Shown here: positions 1 to 14,426 of the stretch, piece by piece
Numbering within the stretch: position 1 is the first letter of the stretch
How the letters are laid out: each line of letters begins with the position of its first letter
Assembly (NCBI GenBank): GCA_043228905.1
Contig: JBHGNT010000011.1
Span: 11,346,001-11,410,000, forward strand
Direction: 5' to 3'
DNA: 64,000 nucleotides
Origin: Azolla caroliniana
Lineage: Eukaryota > Plantae > Polypodiophyta
Made by a program: the position numbers and the translations under genes
The notes under the pieces: generated by a model
Seen by the model: the letters and a program-made list of their open reading frames with translations, nothing else
Database searches by the model: none
Told to the model about the DNA's origin: nothing

Positions 1-923
1 TTCCACAATAAAAGCACACGAGCTTACCTTTGGACTTCGATCTAGCTTGGGATTTTTCTCTCCTTGGTGGACTCCTTTGCCGGTTCCTTCCTATGTTCGA
101 ATGTTGTGTGATATTCACATATGCTTGGGACAGGACACCCTTGTCCTTCCTTCTCATCTCCTCATTCAAGATACTTGTCTTTACCGCTTTTAGAGACAGG
201 TTCTCTTCTTGGCACGAGGTGCTGAGAGTCATCACTAGATTCTCCCAGCTATTCGGTAGGGTGCATAGTAGCAGGATGGCTTGTATTGCATCCTCATGGG
301 GAAACTTGGTTGCGGCAAGTTGATTTACGTACCCCATGAATGTGCTAATGTGTTCGACGATGCTCTCACCATCTCTGTATTTCAACTATACGATCTTTCT
401 CATCAGTGAGGTTTTATTGAGGGCGTTCTTTCTCTCATATAGAGCTGACAACTTCTGCCACATCTCATGGGCATTCGTGTCGTTCACAACATGCTGAAGG
501 ACACTTACATCGACGCACTGTCGGATGGTGGCCACCGCTTTTCTGTTAAGAAGTTTCCATTCCGACTATAATACCCCCATGGGTATTTCTGCCCTGTCGA
601 TCTTTGACTATGAGAAGGTCGTCCATCTTAATCTTTCAGTCCACATATTTCTGAGAGTTTAGAATTATCATACCTGGGCAGCCGCTCACACCTCCTTCCA
701 TGCTTGCACCTCAAGCTCTGATACTAGTTTGTTGAGAATCGGATCGTCAATCCACAATAGATATGCTGAAGATACACAACTTAGAACATAAAGCAACAGG
801 ATGAACAGAAAATACAGTGAACAGATTTACGTGGAAACCCTAAAACGGGAGAACACGACTTCACTAGACAATGGATGTACAAGGGAGAAGATTACAACAC
901 TCTCGACAATGAAATGTATCAGC

Positions 924-1204
924 TGTCGAATACAAGTGTATAATGGACGTATTCACACTATCCCTTCGGGTCATTTGTGTAATTAGCATAAATGGTAGTT
1001 GCCCTAAGTCGGTCACTATATATAGTGACCTTGTAACCTTTTTGTAAGGTTGGTTGTTGTATTATTTGCTTTATGAAATAAAGAGTCTTTTGTGTCTCTC
1101 TCTCTCTCTCTCTCTGTGCAACGACCTAGAAACTGTCATACGCAGGTACTCAACAGCAATCGAATGCTTCTTGATCTTCCGCATAGACGACTTTGTCTAC
1201 AACA
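924..1204 (+). repeat. 5' LTR of Copia 924-6369
   Basis: Direct repeat of 6089-6369. The TATA lies within the palindrome GGTCACTATATATAGTGACC. AATAAA and a (CT)n tract follow. Confidence 0.97.
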
Positions 1205-1206
1205 TC

Positions 1207-1218
1207 TGGTATCAGAGC
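1207..1218 (+). promoter_or_regulatory. Primer binding site, initiator tRNA-Met
   Basis: TGGTATCAGAGC, 2 nt after the LTR end. Confidence 0.95.
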
Positions 1219-1880
1219 CTGCACAGTATTCGGTCCTTCAATCCGCTGTCGGCCGTCGTCTCAGCCTGCACAGCATTCGGTTTCTTGCGTCATTCGAAGA
1301 AGAGAGAAGAAGAAGAAAAACGAGGCTCGCATCTCATCGCGTTAGATCATCTTCACTTGGAGTAAGCCAGCAGGTTGTACTCTGTTCCTTGTGATCGTAA
1401 CCACTCGAGGTGAAATCCCCCTGTGCAACATTGACACGATCGTGCTCCACTCGGTTAAACGGCATCCGAAGAGGTCATCAAACGCCGCTCATTGTAACCA
1501 CTCGGTGCAGATCGGTCTCAAGACAACAACCCCAATTCGTGCTTCATCCGGCTGATCGACATTCGGGAGGATCAGTTGGATCTGTCTCTCTCGTCGCTGC
1601 AGCCACCCGAAGCAGAATCGGTCCAGACAATCGGTATTCGGTATATATATCCGAAGCGAACCGGGCTCACTCCGACTCGGAACCATTCGGGAAGACCAGT
1701 CGGTTCTGTCCCTCAAGTTACCGGAGTCAATTCGAGCAAGTTCAACAATACATATATTCGAAGCCGAACCGACTCGGGTTCAAATCCGACTAGAACGATA
1801 TCGGGTGAGCCAACCGGCTGCACTCCCACAAGGTTCGTAGTCAACTCCGAACCGAGCTTCGTTAACCGAAACCAAATTTG

Positions 1881-4800
1881 ATGGCATCAACATCCGGCTC
1901 GTCAGAAATGAGTCTACGAAAGTTCGATGGATCGAACTTCAACTTCTGGAAGGAGCAAATGCAGGACTATCTCATAGTCAAGGGGCAAATCGATCCCATC
2001 GAAAATGAAGAACCTCCAGAAGGATACAAACCAATTGAGTGGCAGAAGCTGGACAGAATCGTCCGCGCCACGATTCGGATGCACCTATCGGAATCGGTAT
2101 ACTTTACGGTGCAATCGTGTACGACAGCATTCGAACTGTGGAAAACACTGTCGGACACTTACGAAAAGAAGGTCGCTGCAACAAAGATGTTTCTGATCCG
2201 GCGCCTCTACAACTTGCGGATGAAAGAATCCGATTCGGTTCAAGCACACCTCAATGAGTACGAAAGCATAAGCTCCCAAATCTCATCTCAGGGGACGGCA
2301 ATCGAGGATGAACTCAGAGCAATGATACTCATGAGCAGCCTTCCCTCATCATGGGAAACTTTCGTCACAACCGTGTGCAACGCGTCAACCACGGCTGTTA
2401 AATACTCCGAAGTCACGAGCGCAATCCTGACCGAAGCAGCTCGGAGAAAGTCTTTCGCCAAAGACTCAACAGACGACGCTTACGTAGTACAAGGTTCGAC
2501 ACACCGATCGAACATACGAGGAAGAGATTCCTCACGGCCGCCGAACAATCAGCGAAGACGGAGCCAGTCACGGGATAACCGAATCTGCAACTATTGCAAG
2601 AAACCCGGACACATCAAAGCCGACTGCCGCGCACTCAAGAACAAGAACAACAAGAAGAGTGGCCGGCATGAGGAGATCAATTACGTCAGCTTTTCAGCTG
2701 ATGTGCTACCAGACGACCCGAATATACTATCTATCGAAAATCCAGTCGGATCAGAAGTTCTACTCACGACTGAAGAATCGAGCACATGGCTCTTGGATTC
2801 GGGTGCGTCATTTCACGTGACTCCTCATCGATCCCAATTTCGGCAATATACGATCCGTCACTCCGACTCAGTTCGAGTCGGCAACTCACAACACTGTGAC
2901 ATCATCGGAATCGGCACAGTAGAGCTCAACCTTGCAGGTGGCTCTACACTTGTACTTCACAATGTCCGACATGTACCCGAGCTCTCAAGGCCATTGATCT
3001 CAGTCGGACAACTAGATGAAGACGGCATTCGTGCCGGTTTTTCTTCGGGAGGGTGGACACTCCACAGGGGGAACCTCCTGCTTGCTAGAGGACCCAAGAT
3101 ACACTCACTGTATCCGTTACATGTTACGCTCAGAGAGGGTAACCTGTTTTTGGTGGATATTCCTGTGTCATCACTATGGCACAGAAGATTAGGACACCTC
3201 AGCAAGGCCGGCATAACGCATCTATCTAGAGCCGGATACATCCCTAAACTCTCCTTCTCCGACCATCAATTCTGCGAGCATTGCCAGTATGGCAAACAAG
3301 CAGCCGCATCACACCCGACATCAGCACCAAGAGAAACGAGACCTCTCGATTTAGTCCACTCGGACGTCTGTGGCCCGATGCCGCATCAGTCTCTTGGCGG
3401 TGCCTCTTACTTCGTCAGTTTTATTGACGATTCGACTCGAAAGGTGTGGGCTTATCCAATTCGCACCAAAGATCGTGTCTTCTCGATCTTCTCCGATTGG
3501 CTCGCTATGGTACAAAATCAAACCGACCGAAAGCTGAAATGCTTTCGGACCGACAATGGGGGAGAGTTCAAATCCGAAGAATTCGTCAAATTCTGCCGAC
3601 AACGCAGCATCCGACGTGAATTTACGGCACCACACAGTCCGGAGCAAAACGGGATTGCCGAACGCATGAATCGCACAATCCAAGAACGGATAGTTTCCAT
3701 GCTCCAACACTCCGGACTGTCGGATGGCTTCTGGGCAGAGGCTCTACTCACGGCAGTACACATAATCAATATGTCGCCAAGTAGACCTCTAGGACTTCAA
3801 ATTCCTCAAGAACTATGGATCGGCAGTAAGCCGAATTACGACAAGCTGAGGATCTTCGGATGCGAGGCGTACGCCCTTATTCCGAAAGATGATCGCCGAA
3901 AACTTGCACCTCGGTCCAGGAAATGCATTTTTCTTGGATATGGATCAGACGGCGAAATGGGATACTGACTCTGGGACCCCGAACGCAGACAAATCGTTCG
4001 AAGTTCGGACGTTGTGTTCAACGAGTCGGCTATGAATCCATCAGTCGAAAAACCGATCGAAGTCCGAAGGGTAACATTTTCCGATGTGCCGACCCTTCAA
4101 GAAGGCCCCGCTCTTAACACACGGTCAGCTTCACGGGTAGCTGAACCTTACACTACCGAATCGGACAACTCCGACTCGGCACCGCAGAACAATCCGCTTT
4201 CGGACCATCCGACCTTGATACCCGATGCGACCAGTCCAATCATACCTCGACGATCCGAGAGACTGTCGCAACCTCCGGAGAGGTATTCTCCTGGAATTTT
4301 CTTCACCGACGCCGGCGAACCGACGTCTTACGAAGAAGCATCGACATCTGTCGATTCAGCCACCTGGCATCTGGCGATGGAGTCGGAAATGCACTCCATT
4401 CGGGCAAACAAGACTTGGGATCTGGTCGAATTACCTAGGAACCGACGTGCTCTTCCTTGCAAGTGGGTTTATCGACTAAAAGAGACGTCTGATTCGACCA
4501 CCCCAAAGTACAAGGCCAGATTAGTTGCGAAGGGCTTCCGACAAGAATATGGCGTCGACTTCGACGAGATTTTTTCACCAGTGGTGAAAATGACAACCCT
4601 TCGTTTCCTACTCGGCGTAGTGGCAGCCGACAACTTGGAGCTGATTCAGCTAGATGTCAAAACAGCCTTCCTCCATGGTGATCTTGACGAGGAAATTTAT
4701 ATGGAGCAGCCAAAAGGCTTCGTGGCGACTGGCCAAGAACATCTAGTCTGCCGACTCAGGAAGAGTCTATACGGCCTCAAACAGGCACCGCGACAATGGT

Positions 4801-5894
4801 ACAAGAAGTTCGACGACTTCATCCAATCGATCGGCTTCTCAAAAAGCGATGAGGACCATTGTCTTTTCACCAACACAGCTCAAGATGGATCACCCATCTT
4901 CCTCATCATTTACGTGGACGACATGCTAATTTCTGGACGCCACGCGGGCGAACTTGCCGATCTCATTCGGCAACTGCGGTTGAAGTTTTCCATGAAGGAC
5001 CTCGGTCCGGCACGACACATCCTTGGCATGAAGATTAGTCGGCATCGCGATAAACGACATCTTTTTTTGTCTCAGACCGACTATATTGGACGTGTCTTGG
5101 AACGCTTCAACATGCAATCAGCCAAATCTGCTTCTACCCCGCTCCCCATGAATCTTCGGCTCTCTCAGCGAGACTGTCCGACATCCGGTCCGGAGGGGGA
5201 AGATATGAAGTCGGTACCGTATGCACCGGCAGTCGGCTCCCTTATGTACCTGATGGTCGCGACACGGCCTGATATTTCTCATGCCGTAGGAGTCGTTAGC
5301 AGATTTATGCACAATCCTGGCCGATCGCATTGGAACGCAGTCAAGCATGTGTTCAGATATCTGGCTGGCACAAAAGACCACGGCATTCTCTTCGGTCCGA
5401 ACCGAACCTCAGGCGTAGTCGGTTACACCGACTCGGACTTCGCCGGCTGTATAGACAGTCGGAAATCAACAACCGGATACTGCTTCAAATTCGGCAATGG
5501 AGCAATTTCGTGGAAGTCGAAACTTCAGGAGTGCACAGCGACCTCAACGACCGAAGCAGAATATGTAGCTGCGTCCGACGCAGCAAAAGAAGCCTTATGG
5601 CTCGGTCGGCTGGCGCACACGTTTCGGCAAGTCGATCACGACTCGGCCCCAGTTGTCTATAGCGACAGTCAAGGTGCTGTTGCCCTGTCGAAAAATCCGG
5701 TTCACCACAACGCCTCCAAACATATCGACGTTCGATATCACTTCGTTCGGGACTGCGTCATCTCAGGGAAAATCGGTCTAGAGAAAATATCCACAACCGA
5801 CAATGTCGCAGATGGAATGACCAAGTGTCTTTCGGCAGACCGCTTTCGGTCTCTTCGGCATCAGATGGGCGTAACGACAAACCAGTCCGGTTAG
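1881..5894 (+). pseudogene. Copia gag-pol polyprotein with a single in-frame TGA at 3966-3968
   Basis: ORFs 1878-3968 and 4014-5894 are in the same frame. Motifs: CX2CX4HX4C knuckle, WLLDSGAS protease, HHCC/DDE integrase, YVDD RT, RNase H (YTDSD...ADGMTK). GY*LWDP matches the usual GYRLWDP. Confidence 0.93.
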
Positions 5895-6088
5895 AGCCGG
5901 ACACAGCGCAGGATGGTTTCCGACAACCGACATCAGTTCCTTAATGATCGGCTTCAACTCTTCCGACCCGACCAGTTCGGTCTTCTGCCTTCGGACCCTG
6001 CCGACTCGAACAAAAACTGATATGTCCGAGAACCTAAGTTTATACCTGTAATCTTAGATAACCCATGTATACGCCCATTACGGGGGAG

Positions 6089-6369
6089 TGTCGAATACAA
6101 GTGTATAATGGACGTATTCACACTATCCCTTCGGGTCATTTGTGTAATTAGCATAAATGGTAGTTGCCCTAAGTCGGTCACTATATATAGTGACCTTGTA
6201 ACCTTTTTGTAAGGTTGGTTGTTGTATTATTTGCTTTATGAAATAAAGAGTCTTTTGTGTGTCTCTCTCTCTCTCTCTCTGTGCAACGACCTAGAAACTG
6301 TCATACGCAGGTACTCAACATCAATCGAATGCTTCTTGATCTTCCGCATAGACGACTTTGTCTACAACA
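6089..6369 (+). repeat. 3' LTR of Copia 924-6369
   Basis: Direct repeat of 924-1204, preceded by the PPT TTACGGGGGAG. Confidence 0.97.
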
Positions 6370-6429
6370 TCAGCCTCACAGGGCTCTTGGTGTTTGCTGT
6401 TACGAGCACAGCTATGACGCCACTTTCAC

Positions 6430-6465
<36 letters not shown>

Positions 6466-6937
6466 GATAACAGAGGCTAATCACTTATTCTATTCAACTC
6501 TCTGTTCAACTCTCTCTCTATGTTTTTTCCCTAGATGTATTTATACTCATACATCATATGGGCTATTTACAAGTGTAGCGACAGTTAATCAGCCAACTCT
6601 CTACTGTCGACTCTTTGACTCTCGGTACTCAACCCGAATAGTTGGCTCCTCCTTGTCTTTGATTGTTGTCTCTTCTAGGCCCGAACAGTCGGCTCCTCCT
6701 AATGGAGGGACATATTCCAACACCTATAACATGATTTATTATAATTTTTTCATCACATCTTGACATTTTCCTAGTGATTTGTTCTAGGTTTATATGTATA
6801 CAAAGCATAGTTCTAGCCATACGTCCCATTCATGTCATACTCAAATGCCAATATTCGTATCATACTCATACGTGAAAAGTCTCCAAGTATGATTGAAATC
6901 CATACGTGGTACATTGATATATACATATGGTGTACAT

Positions 6938-6946
6938 TGTGTGTGT

Positions 6947-7020
<74 letters not shown>
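6938..7020. repeat. Compound (TG)n(AG)n microsatellite
   Basis: Directly visible dinucleotide runs. Confidence 0.95.
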
Positions 7021-7023
<3 letters not shown>

Positions 7024-7660
7024 AGAATTAGAATTAGAATTTTTATCGTCCATAAAGAGGCCAAATTTGACCTATGGGACCAAAGTATACATGTGTTCTT
7101 GATATATATCTCCTTCCTAAGAAGGGGTATTCATATGTTGAAGCACAAAGTCTCTATGTGTTAATAAAGCATACACATATGAGCTCAACCTTCTAGGTGG
7201 TGTCTTAAGTATGGATCTTAAGTTATCACTCCCTCTTAGTATGTCAACATATCTTGAACAAATTGCACTATATGTCAAGCATGTGAAGAGCAAGTGACAT
7301 TCATCCTCTACCATGCCTTCATTGCATACTTTACATGTCTTCAAATTCGTTACATTTTGATACCATGATGCAACTTCAATACCTAACTTGTGAGATCGAG
7401 TACGAAGTAGTGTAAGGGCTCTACGAGCATTGCTACTCATATTGGTAATGAGATAAGGTTGGATACGATCAATATACATTCTTGCTTTATATTGAGACCA
7501 ACATTCAGGGTTGACATTTGCAATGTAGTATTCTAGCTTTGTCCTCTTAGCATCCTCCCACTTCATCCTTAATGCTTCCACCAACCTTTCCTCAATCATT
7601 ACATATTGCATAGCATTGCCTAAAAGCTCTAAAAGATCATCCACACCCCATCTTCTAAAC

Positions 7661-9463
<1,803 letters not shown>

Positions 9464-11019
9464 TTCTAAACCATCTCTTTATGTCAACAACCCAACCAGA
9501 TGAGAGAATCTTACTTTTGCATTGCTTGAGGGAGAGAGAGAGAGAGCGTGTGTGGTCTAGAGAGAGAAGCCCTGTTTTGCATGTGTGAGGAGACAATGGT
9601 TGAGTGTATATCTAGACTCTAGAGAGAGAGAGAGAGAGAGGAGCTATGGGTTTTGTCTGTGTGAGGGAGTGTGTAATATGTATATTAGATATCTAGATTT
9701 TGTAGAGAGAGAAGATCTGTCAGTTCTCGTGAGAGAGAGAGAGTGTGTGTGTGTCAAATGTCACTTCTATTAAAAAAGAATTATGAATATCAAAAATTTT
9801 AAAAAGCCAAAAAAAGCCAAAAAAGAAGAAGAAGCCAAACGAATATCGCGTATCATACGCGTACGTTTGCAAACGTTCGCGTACGTCCAATTTATTGGAC
9901 GTACGCGAATATTAGGGACTATGATACAAAGTCTTGTTTTATTACCATTGTCTTTTAAATGACTAACCTATCATTCTCACTCCTTCGAAAATATGTCATT
10001 GTTAGAATGCCACTCTTTTAGGAGCAATTTGTTAATGTGCATCATCTCTAGCTAAAATTGTAAATATGTTTATGCATAGAATTTCAACCACATTGCAAAA
10101 GACTTCACCCACAAATTGCACGTCATTTGCCATTAATATGTACATCAATCATTAATATATTGGAAATTTAATAATTTCACTATGGCACCCTTTTGAACCT
10201 ATAAGCAATAGTTTATGAGGATGTTTAAATTCTTTTATGATCTCCATGAAAGCAATGTTGCCACATTTTTGCATTAACGTAACATGTGATGTGTTATTCA
10301 TGGCATGTTGGCTTCTCAATTGTGTAGATTAATTTATGGTTGGATTTGTTGAAGTTAGTGAATTGTTGTGGGTTCCTTCTTGGATTTTTTTTCTCAATTT
10401 TGTTTGTGGTGATTTGCCTCTTGTAGAACTTGTATTCGAATGATATGATTGCTATTTTTAATGTCTTTATTGTTTGTTTTGTATCTACAAATCTTGCATA
10501 TACAAGCTCTAAAATATTTTATTAGTTCCATTGTAATTAGTACAACCAAAACTCTTTATGAGCATGTCTACCATTCTGATGAGGTTTATCAATTTAGACA
10601 TTTACAAGGGAGACAATCAATAATGGAAAACATTTATTCATATGTTGCATCTCACACGTAATCTATCCTTGCAGTTGGTCTAGGCCCAATAATTGAAGCT
10701 TAAAATTGTCCATGCTACCCACTTAAATAAAATCATGTTTGCATTCATTTAGCTCCTCATTGTAATGGACGTGGTTGATGTTGATTAGTTGAACTTAATG
10801 GCTTGTTGAAAGTAGCAATCAATTGTTCACATTATGTACCACTAAAGAAGTACTTATATTTGAGAAACATAATATAAAGTCATTGAATACTTTTTAGTCA
10901 TTGAATTATTGTACAAGGTGTTTCCTATAAACACCAAAGATAATTTGGGGCCCAAAATAGAACATATTATTTATCTCATGTAGTTTTCATTGGGAGTGCT
11001 CATCAATGTGAATAGACTA

Positions 11020-11140
11020 AATTTCTCCTCTTCAAATTCCGATTATAGGTTTTGGGTGGAGGGGTATGAGGGATAAATTTTTTACTCTCCAAATTCCAAT
11101 TATAGGTTTTGGGGTGGGGGGGTATGAGGTATAAATTTTC
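11020..11140. repeat. Degenerate ~60-bp tandem duplication with G-rich tract
   Basis: Two copies of CAAATTCC(G/A)ATTATAGGTTTTGGG...GGGGTATGAGG.ATAAATTTT. Confidence 0.75.
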
Positions 11141-13169
11141 TATGCAAGAATTTTAACGATAATATATAAAGGCTTGTTCTTATTACATAATTTTAATGAA
11201 AGATTGTTCACATGGCACACTTTGTGGTATGTGCAACACAATTCAAGCATATTCAATGTAAAGAAATATAGTTAAAGTTTGGTTGAAATGGTACTCTTCA
11301 CATAAAGCTTGGCTGGTTGGTCGGAAGATTATGTCCAATTATTTCAACGATATTAGATGCTTGAATATAAAAATAAAATATTCCAAAAGGTTGGTTGATA
11401 TAACACATGACATATACATCTTGTCTTCTTTTAAACTAAGAGATGCATAAAATTGAATCTCCTCCTCCATATACATCTCCAATGGAATAACTTATTGTGC
11501 CATCAAAAGTTTTAGTTGAGGCCTTAATAGCTTGGTAGGCATGATGGGATCGGGTGAGCTACAAGAGGGGAAGATTTATTGTCACAACCACACTTGGCTC
11601 GTGGAGGAGGGGAAAGCTCCCCTCCTAACATCTACCTATAGCACATGTCCAAAAGCCATCACAACGCCTCGACCCTCATATGTTGGGTAATAATTGCCCC
11701 CATCCCACCTTAGCAATTTAGGAAGGGGAAAATCAAGCTCGATATGTATGGCTTTTGTTTCCCTTTCAATAAATTTTCTTGGTTTTACCATGTAAACTAT
11801 CTCAATCCTTTTTTAAGAATGTAAAAATATCTCAAGTTACAAGTCTACTCCAAAAAGATCTGAATTGTCGAATAAGATTCAGATGGAAATAACTCACCAT
11901 TGACATATAGTGTGATTGGTAACAAAATTTCAGTTACACTACAAAAGTATGCATGTTCAACCATAGGATATGAACACAATACTTTTTCATGTATCCATTA
12001 ATGAGAAAATGGATATATAAACCTATTAATTAACTTTTTCAATTGACATAAATCTCCCTCTCAATGTTTATGATATTATCACTTATGTCAATTTTCTAAT
12101 ATTTTGTAGTGAAATCATTATTGCGTTTTTTAAAAGTATCACATTTAGATCTGACATTCTTTGTTTAGCTTTGAAAAAGTTGTCTCGAGACTTTGCACTC
12201 AAATGTACAACATTGAACCTTGAGGGCTCATTGAATAAAATATTCCAAATTTGAAGGATCTTGGCATCATTTTATGCACACCCCCAAAAAGGATATTGCT
12301 ACTAAGCATTGTTTTCCTTTTCCTTTTTCCTTTTTTGATTATAATAAACCTTTCATCCTATGCTCTTCTACCTATCCTCTTTGACCATATAATGACATCT
12401 ACGGTTTATTATTTAATTTATATATCATTGTCATGATATGGCATGTGCGAATGGAGAAAATACACCAATGTGTCAAAGTTTTAGAATAGGTCAAGATTCT
12501 ACATGGAAAATGTGATGAGGTCAAGATTAAGAATAGTAGCTAGACACTTTAATAATACGGTGAAGGGTTTGAACCTTGTTAGGTGTGACACAAGGGAAAA
12601 GATGAGCTTTAATACATATAATAATAAATTGACCAAAAAGAGGAACATGTCAACAAACTTTTTGGTGGCATTGGGCACCCATGCAAGGATAAGCTTGAGG
12701 TTATGCTCTTTGATAGTGTAAGAGTATAGAAATATTGGGGGACGCTTAAAAAACCAAAAAAATAAAGGGTAAATAGTACATAATCATAGAAACATGCAAA
12801 TTAAAGTTTCTACAGTTGAATTTTTGAAAAGTCTACCATTTATTCATATCATATTGATTAAGAGAGTAATGCCCATAAACATGTCTAGGTAATAAAGTGA
12901 CTGCGAAGATCTATATGAGGCCTGGCCCTTGTACATATGGTACCTCTTGTATTTTTAACTAATGGGTAGCATATTTTTTTGGAAAAGAAAAAGAAAGTGA
13001 CTATGCCCATAAAAAGGCTCTCATATGTTTTCTTTATTTTGCAATGTGTTATACCCAAAATATTCGTAACACTTAGGTTTGGACCTAAACTCCTCTTGGT
13101 CCTAAAATTGTGGAGGTAGCATAATCCCTGGCGTAACTTTATCATCATTTTGACACATAGTGAATTATT

Positions 13170-13634
13170 AATCAATGGTTATGTTCGTAATCTTTTCTTG
13201 AAGACAATTACGATGGTGAAAGAATCTTAAAGCGTGCATGGGAGGGTGCTAGTGTCATGATGTTGTAGCCCATCAAACACCCTCTTTCACTCATCATTCA
13301 ATCTACATCTAACATCACACGCCAATACCATTACTCACAATTATGAGGTAAATCATCGAAACAAACATATGCAGAAATATGAATGACTAAAGTCTTTGAG
13401 GTGCATGAGATGGTGCTAAAGTCTCCATTATGTTGTAATCCATCCTCCTCATCTTTAGCTTCACGAATCATTCTAGCTATATCTTCTAACACATTGCTAC
13501 CATTAGTTACAATCATGGTTAACAACTAAATAAAACTATGTGAGAAAGTGCATCACCCGTGACCATCTATCTCCATGCACTTGTTGCCCTTTCCATACAA
13601 TTTCGATGGTGTATAAAGCTTTTTCATGGCTCTT
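13170..13634 (-). pseudogene. Probable highly decayed PLS-class PPR gene relic
   Basis: Minus-strand fragments KGQQVHG, CRLNDE*KRVFDGLQHHD and DSFTIVIVFK resemble PPR L/S/P motif consensus. Many stops are present. Similar weak fragments occur near 10100-10280 (QKCGNI). Confidence 0.35.
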
Positions 13635-14309
13635 TGTAACAGTAAATATGCGGAAGCTTAAGACAAAATCGGCTCAACCGGAGAGCAACATAATATAGAC
13701 ATAGGTTTAATGGAAACCTTCATGGGAGAGATAGAGAGAGTAGAACATTATTCAATTCAAAATAATAACAATCTGTACATACAATGTGCTCAGTGAGCAC
13801 TTTTATACGAGTCCATGAAAGGACTGACAAAAGTACTGACAGGTACTTCAATGCTCATACGAGTGACGGACACTGACTCCTAAAAATATGCCTACATATT
13901 AGGCTGGATTCGTAGGCTCCTAACGGCCTATTGGTTACAATCCGATCCAGCTCCTGGTTCCGGATACCGATCCAGATACCTATCTGGTTCTCTGTTCCGG
14001 ATACCGATCCGACTCTGCCTTATTCAACCGATCCGGATCTGGTTGAGCTTGTCCGCTCTGAGGTCGGATCATTGTATCAATGTCCATGGTAGCCGGTCCT
14101 CTCCTATAGCTCCCCATGACGTCCTCCTTGACCCATCCGGTCCTGCTTTCCACTGCTCGTCCGGCCTCGTGCCTGTCAACTTTCTCGGCTGGCTTGTCTG
14201 CTCATAAGGCTCTTCTCAACTCCTTTGCTTGTGCGACCTCGACGCTTCTCGACCTGTCTTTTCCGCCGTTTCGGTGTCGACTTCCACGACCGTCTCATCC
14301 ATTTGGCCT

Positions 14310-14356
14310 TGTTGAAATGTATGTGTGGAAGCGTAAGACAACAACTTGGTTGCGTA

Positions 14357-14426
<70 letters not shown>

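Larger units (their letters stand above)
924..6369 (+). mobile_element. Full-length young Ty1/Copia LTR retrotransposon
   Basis: 281-bp LTRs at 924-1204 and 6089-6369 (TG...CA, 2 differences seen). 5-bp TSD TCAGC (919-923, 6370-6374). PBS TGGTATCAGAGC 1207-1218, PPT 6078-6088. Domain order gag-PR-INT-RT-RH. Confidence 0.97.
1..6722 (-). mobile_element. Older Ty1/Copia element, 5' part only: 5' LTR 730-923 + 6370-6722 (split by a nested Copia), PBS, gag running off the window
   Basis: LTR termini TGTTGAGAAT(730)...ATTCCAACA(6722). The reverse complement of a Met-i PBS (GCTCTGATACTA) lies at 715-726. Minus-strand translation of 1-440 gives Copia gag (LLLCTLPNSWENLV...RSKSKGKLVCFYCG). Confidence 0.85.

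Noticed and set aside
3966-3971. Programmed stop-codon readthrough in Copia pol
   Set aside because: The stop falls inside the conserved GYRLWD motif and is a single CGA>TGA change. The context TGA-CTC is not the typical readthrough signal.
6813-7164. ORFs with SLSLSL/THTHTH/ERERER runs here and at 14116-14603
   Set aside because: They are translations of dinucleotide microsatellites.
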